NCBI GenBank assembly: GCA_030141605.1
Contig: JAQGDQ010001321.1
Location: 1 to 47,460 of the forward strand
Source of the DNA: Tubiluchus corallicola
Lineage: Eukaryota; Animalia; Priapulida
DNA length: 47,460 bases
Direction of reading: 5' to 3'
A program made the translations under genes and the position numbers. Positions 38,956 through 47,460 of the stretch are shown here, one piece after another (position 1 is the stretch's first letter; each line of letters opens with the position of its first letter). The notes below the pieces were generated by a model that saw only the letters and a program-made list of their open reading frames with translations, did not search any database and was not told the origin of the DNA.

Positions 38956-39530
38956 AATCCAATGACAGGAAATACGTTAAACATAAAATTCCTCTAATTA
39001 TAACAATTATGCAAAAATATTCAACTAAATAGTAACCCATTCTACAATGTGACCGCTAAACATACCGCATATAAACATTTTCTTGTTTAGATAATTAAAG
39101 TAATTAGATTTAAACCAAATTTGTATAAAAGTTAACAAACATCCTGTTGAAGCTGCTGTACCACGCGTTCCCAAAAATGATTCTAGTTGGAAATATGGCA
39201 TGCAAGCAACTACAGCTGAACACGTGCCAATAGTGAACATTTAAAAATAAGGCGGATGCCATACAAGTACCCTAACACACTTCCAAATCGCACAAAACAA
39301 AGTTCAAGTAAAATTATTTCGCTGTAATTATGATTTGATGAGTATCACACAAGCTTGTATGGAATGTTGATAAAATCTAATTTAATACTAGGCTTGCATA
39401 ACAATATAATATCACTCTACATCACAAGAGTTTTAGTCAAAGCAGAATAACGTTAGCACAGACAACTAGGCTTACAGAGCCATCTACAGGAGAACGAAAA
39501 AAGCAATGCACTCGTAGGAAAATAAACTTA

Positions 39531-39973
39531 CAGTCATTTGCAAAAGTTTAAGACCAAGCTCGAGTTTTCGGGATTTTCATCATACTGTACCCTGATTGCA
39601 TCAGATTCTTTGTTGATTGCATCATACTGCTAGTGGTTTGAAACAGTACGTCTAGTGAGTATGAGTGACTCATTTGCCTGCCGCTATCCATACAGATCGG
39701 CCGTTTTTGTATTTTTCTTGTGATCCAAAAAATGGGCAAAAAATCGTCATTGAGTGAGACTCAGGGGGTTCAAATCGTGACTTTACATCAAGAAGGATAT
39801 ACTGAAAGGGCGATAAGTGCTGGATTACGGTTTTCCAAAACAGCCGTGCACCAAGCTATCATCAAATTCGAGACTGTAGTATATTTTTCTAGAAGAATAA
39901 ATGGTTTTTAGACATGGTTTTGTCAAGTTTCATGAAAAAAATCACTTTGGTCTTAAACTTTTGCAAATGACTA
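39531..39973 (+). mobile_element. Internally deleted Tc1/mariner transposon
   Basis: TA-CAGTCATTTGCAAAAGTTTAAGACCAA...TTGGTCTTAAACTTTTGCAAATGACTA-TA (27-bp TIR, TA TSD). Retains the transposase N-terminal HTH from ATG 39732: MGKKSSLSETQGVQIVTLHQEGYTERAISAGLRFSKTAVHQAI. Confidence 0.9.
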
Positions 39974-40389
39974 TACTAGCGAACACTTAGATTAACATTT
40001 ATAGCATTATTAATGTGCAAAAGCAAATGCCACACATACCAGCACAAATATACCATAGCAATGGGAAAAAGTTCAAAGCAGAAAGTAATAAAACCACAAT
40101 ATAAAATGCCAACTTATTCTACACCAAACATCATAAATAATAATACAAACAAAGTTGAAGGGAAAAATAAACAAATAAGCATCTTATTTACAAATTATAG
40201 CTCCACGTTATACCCCAGTTAAATGATTCCCCATGAGCAACACTCTTCAACTGTCACCGTACACAGCTAGACTGCGTAAGTGACGGTCTCAAACTACCAG
40301 GTGACGGTCTAAAACTATCAGGTTAAGTTAAAACGATCACAAGTTACGGAAATGTGACGTCATGCTACTTAAAACCTACAGATAAACGG

Positions 40390-40787
40390 TAGGGGTGAGC
40401 ATTCTCTACCAGAAAGTGAATTCGAATCGAACCGAATTTGTGACTTTCGAATTCGAATCGAACCGAACTTCAGTGTTTCGAATTCGAATTGAGATTGAAC
40501 GATTTTCGAACAAGTTTTCGAACCACCAGTAAAAGTTAGTCTTACACAGATCATGCATATCACTAGATTTCGTTCTGCAATAAAACGACTAGTAATTTGC
40601 TTAAAGTTGTGTGCAGAAATCACAGCTAAATTATACTAATTGCATGATGTTTCAATCGTTTTAGTGATAAAGAACATATGTGATTGAAGTGCTAAATTAT
40701 TCGAATCTATAGTTTTGGATTCGAATCGAGTTCGAACTGAAAAAAAACTCGTTCGAATCGAATTCGAGCATTCGATGCTCACCCCTA
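40390..40787. mobile_element. hAT-like MITE with TCGAA-rich subterminal repeats
   Basis: TIR TAGGGGTGAGCAT / ATGCTCACCCCTA. Flanks ATAAACGG and ACAGACGG match at 6/8, a possible decayed 8-bp TSD. Confidence 0.8.
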
Positions 40788-40955
40788 ACAGACGGGTTCA
40801 CCTAGCTAGAAATATAGAAAGCGCGTTGTAGCATAAAGCTCTTTTACATAAATCTAATATGGAAGTCTAATAAACGCCCGTCTTAGATGCTAAACGTACT
40901 AACGTCTGTGAGTTATTGCATTCTTTCTTAGACCGAGAGGGTTAACCGTTTAAAC

Positions 40956-41360
40956 CAGGGGTGTGCAAATTAACTGACTAGCAGGGCCACATTAAACATT
41001 CCCGCATTTCCTGTGGGCCACATGCAGTTTGGTCAAGGAGCCAAGTATAGTAGGACCTAATAACGATTTTTTTTTTGCATCCGATTTGCGCACATCATCA
41101 CTACTGCACTACTACACTCCAGAAACTATTTTAGAAATTATTAAAATTTATATCAAAAACCATATATTTCGTCATGTCCGACAGTGACATTAAGTGACAA
41201 TGGTCTTGTAAGGGTTAATGCCATCCGATCTAGAGGAAAAAACTACCCGCACTATCTTTGCAATATTGGCACAGACATCAGCTGGATCGCGTGGGCCGCA
41301 CGTTGACAAACCTCTTTGCGGGCCGCAAGTGGCCCATGCGCTGCAGTTTGCACACCCCTG
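40956..41360. mobile_element. hAT (Charlie-like) MITE
   Basis: TIR CAGGGGTGTGCAAA / TTTGCACACCCCTG, 8-bp TSD GTTTAAAC / TTTTAAAC, and GGGCCGC/GGGCCAC subterminal motifs. Confidence 0.85.
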
Positions 41361-42108
41361 TTTTAAACGTTTAACCGACAGCTAACTGGTGTAACCATTT
41401 GCAAAATCACTAACCGTTTAGCGATTACTTTAGCCAAATTTCCTACGCATCCGTTTTAGTGAAACCTTGCGTCTTTTCTGAGTCGGCAATGCCCGGCCCA
41501 CATAAACCTGAACTATTTACAACACTGTTTCAATTAATCTTCTAGCCTAAGAAGCATCTAAATGGTAAATAGCAAATGGTCAATAGCAATAGCAACAGAC
41601 AGTGTATAGCACCATGCTGGACATTTGCACTGGCCAATGGCAGATTTGAACTGTGCACGGTTTACTCCTGCAAGGAAAGAATTTGCACACATGGTGATTC
41701 CACGATGTGTAAGTAAACATGGCGTGATTCAGAGGGGGTAACTGCGTCGCAGGTACTTCTGGGATTTTGTGCTTCCAAAACTTCTTCAAACATTCAAAAG
41801 GGTTCATGAGTTATTCACGTGCTGGGAAATACTAAGTTGAGAGAATTTCTATGACGAGTTGGGCAATTTCTTCATAATAGTTCATCGTGTGTATTCGATA
41901 TTTTGTTACATGCATGACGTCATCGGGAACGGTTAACCGACCGCAATCAATAACGTTTACACGGTTAGTTAAAAAGCCTAGCTGTCTCAGCCCTAATTCC
42001 TTCATCAATTTTCTAAAATCTGCCAAGACTTACGAGGTGGAGACTTGCAAAATTTCTTACGTGGAACTGTTTGAAATGTGTACCAAGCGTAGAATGTGAT
42101 TTTATGGC

Positions 42109-42404
42109 GTAGTACTCAATTTCATGTAGTATTTAGGCTCATGTTGTACTCAGTTTCATGTAATACCCAGTCTCGTGTAGTACTCAGTTTCATGTAATAC
42201 TCAGTCTCGTGTAGCATTCAGTCTCGTGTAGTACTCAGTTTAATGTAGTACTCAGTTTCATGTAATACTCAGCCTCGTGTAATACTCAGTTTCATGTAGT
42301 ACTCAATTTTATGTAGTACTCAGTTTTATGTAGTACTCAGTTTCGTGTAATACTCAGTCTCGCGTAGTACTCAGTTTTATGTAGTACTCAGTTTCATGTA
42401 GTAC
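42109..42404. repeat. ~19-bp minisatellite
   Basis: gtagtactcagtttcat variants. Confidence 0.88.
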
Positions 42405-42941
42405 ACGCTGCATGAACACAGCGACAAGTGCTGCGAATTCCTAGAAAATACATTCCGGAAAAAGGTGCAGTACAATTCTCACAGGCAAAGCATTGCAACG
42501 TTGATTGTAAATAAACTAGGAGCGAATCAAACGCCCCAACAAGGTGCAGTACAATTCCCACAGGCAAAGCATTGCAACGTTAATTGTAAATAAACTAGAA
42601 CTGAATCAAATGGCCCAACAAGGTTTCTGATAAAGACTTATACAAGAAAGAAACCGAAGAACCGAGATGAAAAACTTGCACAAGGAACCGAGTACCAAGA
42701 CCAAAAAGATATGAAGACAATGGATAGGACACGCAAACTACTTCCAAAAAAATTTCCCATGGGAAATGGGCATTTTACAGAATTACTACAACCCGGTGGA
42801 CGAAACTTACAAGGGAAAGAAACAAAATAGTCAAAGTTCTTAGGAACACTAGAATAAATGTGGACAAGAACAGATGAAGCAAGAAATAGAAAATTATAGA
42901 GAAACAAAATGATCAGAACAATGATCAGAATGATCTCTACT

Positions 42942-43452
42942 ACAGGTGAAACCTAGCCGTCAAAACATTCGCACAGGTGAAACCTAGCCGCCAAAACATT
43001 CGCACAGGTGAAACCTAGCCACCAAAACATTTGCACAGGTGAAACCTAGCCACCAAAACATTCGCACAGGTGAAACCTAGCCACCAAAACATTCGCACAG
43101 GTGAAACCTATCCACCAAAACATTCGCACAGGTGAAACCTATCCACCAAAACATTCGCACAGGTGAAACCTATCCACCAAAACATTCGCACAGGTGAAAC
43201 CTATCCACCAAAACATTCGCACAGGTGAAACCTAGCCACCAAAACATTTGCACAGGTGAAACCTAGCCACCAAAACATTCGCACAGGTTCCACCAAAACA
43301 TTCGCACAGGTGAAACCTATCCACCAAAACATTCGCACAGGTGAAACCTGTCCACCAAAACATTCGCACAGGTGAAACCTAGCCACCAAAACATTCGCAC
43401 AGGCGAAACCTAGCCGCCAAAACATTCGCACAGGTAAAACCTCGCCACCAAT
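42942..43452. repeat. 31-bp minisatellite, ~16 copies, just downstream of the LARP6 stop
   Basis: Unit acaggtgaaacctagccaccaaaacattcgc. Confidence 0.95.
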
Positions 43453-43667
43453 AGCTGTACAACAAAATTAACTCAGCAACTCAGGGGGTGGTCAGTCAGT
43501 CAGTCACACATAGCTGAAACTAAAACAAACAAAAACATTTGAGGTCAGATGAAATAAATTGTTGAATATGTACAGCTTCCTTTGAGATGCGATTAAGCAG
43601 GACTTGTAAAACCGAGGTATTGACAGGACAAGTGGATATAATACCCAATAAAAATCTCAAGGAACGT

Positions 43668-44914
43668 TCAAGCAAAAGTTTTGCTTCGCGGCTTTCCTCT
43701 GCCAGTGCCGCCGTAGAATCCGGGCGATCCGTCCGGACCTTTGGGCTGCCGAATAACTCCCTCCATGTCACCGACTTGTCGACGCCCGGCTCTTGGACTA
43801 TTGCTCAATGAGCTCATCGTTGAGGAACCTCCGGGACTGTTGGCTGCCGCTAGGCGACGACGCTGTACCCAAGGACTAGAAGGAGAAGAAGAAGGTTGAG
43901 GATCGCCATTGTCCTTCCTCTTAGAATGCGGACTGCCCTTCGGGCTGCACTTTGCCGACGACTCCGGAGATGACCGGCGTCCGCCGCCGCCCGTCTGCAC
44001 CCGAAGGCGGTTGCTCAGACCAGGATCCAGAGAGTTCCACGTGTGGCTTCGAGGTCGTGTCTCAAATCTGAGACTGTCAAATGCCTGAGGTTTCCTCGTG
44101 GGATTTGGTGGAGAAGTGGACAAATCCGTTTTTGAACTAACGCCAGTCACGGCGCCGTCCGATTGCGCTCCGTCTTCGCTACTGCCCTTACTCGGCACGC
44201 GCTTCCTGCGGCGACGCTTCTTCTTCTGCTGGTCACCTCCACCTTCCTTCTTACCGATGTCCTTGGCTACATTTTTGTCCTTTCCCTTTCCCGCCTTGTC
44301 TTTTTTCTTAGCGGCCGCCAGCTTCGCAACCCTCATCCCACTTCTCCAGTCGGTTTTGTCGTTCATCAGTTGAACCGCCTTCTCCGCGTACTCGGACTTC
44401 TCAAACTCCACCAGTGCACACGTGGTGACGCCTATCTCCGGATGAGCGTTCACGTGCGGTTTCACGTCGGACGGTACGGCCTTTCCGGGTCGCAATATCC
44501 GGACCAGGACGATTTCGCCGCACTTAGAAAACAACTGACTCACCATCTCTATACTCGGTACTTCGCACGGCAGGTTTATCGCCACGACGGTACGAGACGG
44601 AGTCGTTTCGTCCACCTCCGGTAGCGGATCTTTACGTTTCACTTTGGTCCCCTCTTCATTGACGTGCAATTTTTCTGACTTCCGTAAACTGTGGGCGACC
44701 GTCCGGTAGTCTTTCGCCAGGCTCTTCATCTTCTTAAATGATGTTATCAACTTGATGCTGACGTATCCTTCGCGATTTTTACGAACGTGTTTCAACAGGA
44801 ACGTGTCTTTGGTTATATTAGCATCAGAGAAGTAGAACTCAGCTTGTTTTATTATCTTTTCCTGCACGTCTGCGGAAGGCGGTTGCCAGTCTCCGCTGCC
44901 TTCGCTCACACCAC
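43668..44914 (-). CDS. LARP6: La-related protein 6 (Acheron), large last coding exon; upstream exon(s) not identified
   Basis: La motif (WQPP..KIIKQAEFYFSDANITKDTFLLKHVRKNREGYVSIKLITSFKKMK), RRM (PSRTVVAINLP..CALVEFE), basic NLS KKKRRRRK, SPWVQRR and C-terminal LSA/SUZ-C motif VIRQPKGPDGSPGF. Preceded by acceptor TTATTTCAG|GT (AG at 44916-44915, phase 1), so the GTG start in the ORF track is not a real start. Stop TGA at 43670-43668. Confidence 0.93.
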
Positions 44915-46505
44915 CTGAAATAATGTATAAAATTACCGGACTTTGTTCACACTATTTGAAATACTGTGTGACACTTACCTGCCTTTGTTCACACCACCTG
45001 AAATAAAGTATAAAATTACACAACTTTGTCACACTACCTGGAATATTGTGTGACACTTACCTGCCTTTGTTTACACCACCTGAAATAACGTATAAAATTT
45101 ACCCAACTCTGTTCATACTACCTGGAATATTGTGTGACATTTACCTGCCTTTGTTCACACCACCTGAAATAACCTATAAAAATTACCCAACTTTGTTCAC
45201 ACTACCTGTAATATTGTGTGACATTTACCTGCCTTTGTTCACACCACCTGAAATAACCTATAAAAACTACCCAACTTTGTTCACACTACCTGGAATATTG
45301 TGTGACATTTATCTGCCTTTGTTCACACCACCTGAAATAATGTATAAAAACTACCCAACTTTGTTCACACTACCTGGAATATTGTGTGACATTTAAATGC
45401 CTTTGTTCACACCACCTGAAATAACGTATAAAATTTACCCAACTCTGTTCACACTACCTGGAATATTGTGTGACATTTACCTGCCTTTGTTCACACCACC
45501 TGAAATAACCTATAAAAATTACCCAACTTTGTTCATACTACCTGGAATATTGTGTGACATTTACCTGCCTTTGTTCACACCACCTGAAATAACCTATAAA
45601 AACTACCCAACTTTGTTCACACTACCTGGAATATTGTGTGACATTTATCTGCCTTTGTTCACACCACCTGAAATAATGTATAAAAATTACACAACTTTGT
45701 TCACACTACCTGGAATATTGTGTGACATTTATCTGCCTTTGTTCACACCACCTGAAATAATGTATAAAAATTACACAACTTTGTTCACACTACCTGGAAT
45801 ATTGTGTGACATTTACCTGCCTTTGTTCACACCACCTGAAATAACCTATAAAAACTACCCAACTTTGTTCACACTACCTGGAATATTGTGTGACATTTAT
45901 CTGCCTTTGTTCACACCACCTGAAATAACGTATAAAAATTACCCAACTTTGTTCACACTACCTGGAATATTGTGTGACATTTACCTGCCTTTGTTCACAC
46001 CACCTGAAATAACCTATAAAAACTACCCAACTTTGTTCACACTACCTGGAATATTGTGTGACATTTATCTGCCTTTGTTCACACCACCTGAAATAACGTA
46101 TAAAAATTACCCAACTTTGTTCACACTACCTGGAATATTGTGTGACATTTACCTGCCTTTGTTCACACCACCTGAAATAACCTATAAAAACTACCCAACT
46201 TTGTTCACACTACCTGGAATATTGTGTGACATTTACCTGCCTTTGTTCACACCACCTGAAATAACCTATAAAAATTACCCAACTTTGTTCACACTATTTG
46301 AAATACTGTGTGACATTTACCTGCCTTTGTTCACACCACCTGAAATAACCTATAAAAACTACCCAACTTTGTTCACACTACCTGGAATATTGTGTGACAT
46401 TTATCTGCCTTTGTTCACACCACCTGAAATAACGTATAAAATTAGCCGACTTTGTTCATTACCCAGCTTTGTTCACACTACCTGAAACATTGTGTGACAT
46501 TTATT
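44907..46505. repeat. 84-bp minisatellite (two 42-bp subunits), ~19 copies, overlapping the LARP6 splice acceptor
   Basis: Unit ccacctgaaataacctataaaaactacccaactttgttcaca + ctacctggaatattgtgtgacatttacctgcctttgttcaca. Gives the 28-aa periodicity of the spurious + strand ORFs. Confidence 0.95.
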
Positions 46506-47343
46506 TGCTTACGGACGTGTCGCCGTAAACACCCAAAATCAGCATGGCAATTGAAACTGTCCTTGACAGGTATTGAACCCGTCGATATAATCCATCAATC
46601 TTAACATCAATATCTTATATTTTTTATCTTTGTTATAGCACTTAACGCTTACTTGCTCTAAAGCACTTATATTAGCCTTACTATTCAGGGATGGCACACA
46701 ACATGACCATATGGTCTTTCAAAATTTTGTTGGCTATTATTATGTATTATGTATTTAAGCTGGCAATAAAAAAAATCTGTTTCAGTCTCGTCGTCCCAGG
46801 TAATTTTTTTATCGCACAGCCGGCGGAGAACTTTACAACTTTTTCCTACATTAATAAACTTACCCGACGCAACCATATTTTTTTATTCAAAATGTAAAAC
46901 AATAATTATTATAACTTCGTCGTTTCGGGGACAACACAGCCATGTTTTTCTATGGCTAACTCTTTGCCAGGATTGCCGTTTCGTATTGGAGGCTAATAAG
47001 TATCGTGTCTTCCGCCAACTTGCTGTACTAGCAGCAGAGCTGTGTAGTCATTTATATAACAGTTCAGAGCATACAAAAAGAGACTTCAGAATAATAGAGA
47101 ATTTAGTAATGCAAAATAAAAACCTAGAAAATGAAAAATAAAAAATGTGCGTTGAAAAAATTTAAAACGTTGCTGCTAACCAGGGTGAAGTAAACAAACT
47201 TTCCATTGTCAACTGATTTTAAACATTCCAAGATTCAGCTTTAAACATTCACAAAGCTTTAAAATAATTATTTGAAAAAAAAAATTTCCTCCCTACACAC
47301 GAGGTAAGACGAAGACAATTTTTTCTGCGGCTGACCTTTAAAC

Positions 47344-47460
47344 CAGGGGTGTGCAAACTGCGGCCCGCCGAGATACCTTGTGTGGCCCACGAAGAGGTTT
47401 GTCAACCTAATGAAAGTGCGGCCCATGAGATCCAGCTGAAGTCTGTGCCAATATCGCAAA
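47344..47460. mobile_element. Related hAT (Charlie-like) MITE, runs off the window
   Basis: CTTTAAAC-CAGGGGTGTGCAAACTGCGGCCC; reverse-complement similarity to 41265-41360. Confidence 0.8.

Noticed and set aside
43520-44624. Overlapping and antisense ORFs around LARP6
   Set aside because: Shadow ORFs of a GC-rich coding exon.
45046-46485. 116-aa and 362-aa + strand ORFs with a 28-aa repeat
   Set aside because: Open only because the 84-bp unit lacks stops in that frame. They are antisense to the LARP6 intron and have no unique domain.
46510-46600. B-box-like GGGTTCAATACC on the minus strand (tRNA or tRNA-SINE)
   Set aside because: No A box or cloverleaf, and no second copy in the window.

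Overview
AT-rich, repeat-dense eukaryotic DNA, most likely from an invertebrate animal. It has spliceosomal GT-AG signals and no prokaryotic features or CRISPR. Two host genes lie on the minus strand. (1) The first coding exon of an Hhex-like NK-class homeobox gene (5299-4921: MQFP N-terminus, eh1 motif TSFLIDDIL, phase-1 donor); no homeobox exons were found in the window. (2) The large terminal coding exon of LARP6/Acheron (44914-43668: La motif, RRM, C-terminal LSA motif). The ~38 kb between them is mostly mobile DNA: six TTAA-flanked piggyBac-type MITEs, hAT MITEs, Tc1/mariner remnants, LINE fragments, two 5S-rRNA-headed SINEs, a Penelope-type hammerhead ribozyme remnant, several foldback inverted repeats, and many mini- and microsatellites. 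The most unusual observation is a ~1.6 kb minisatellite built from the LARP6 3' splice site itself. Its 42-bp subunits each read as a 19-nt exon-like block plus a 23-nt GT..AG block, giving about 38 decoy splice junctions directly upstream of the real acceptor. Most ORFs in the supplied track are repeat artefacts. Coordinates were counted by hand and may be a few bases off. Family assignments come from motif recognition, not database searches.
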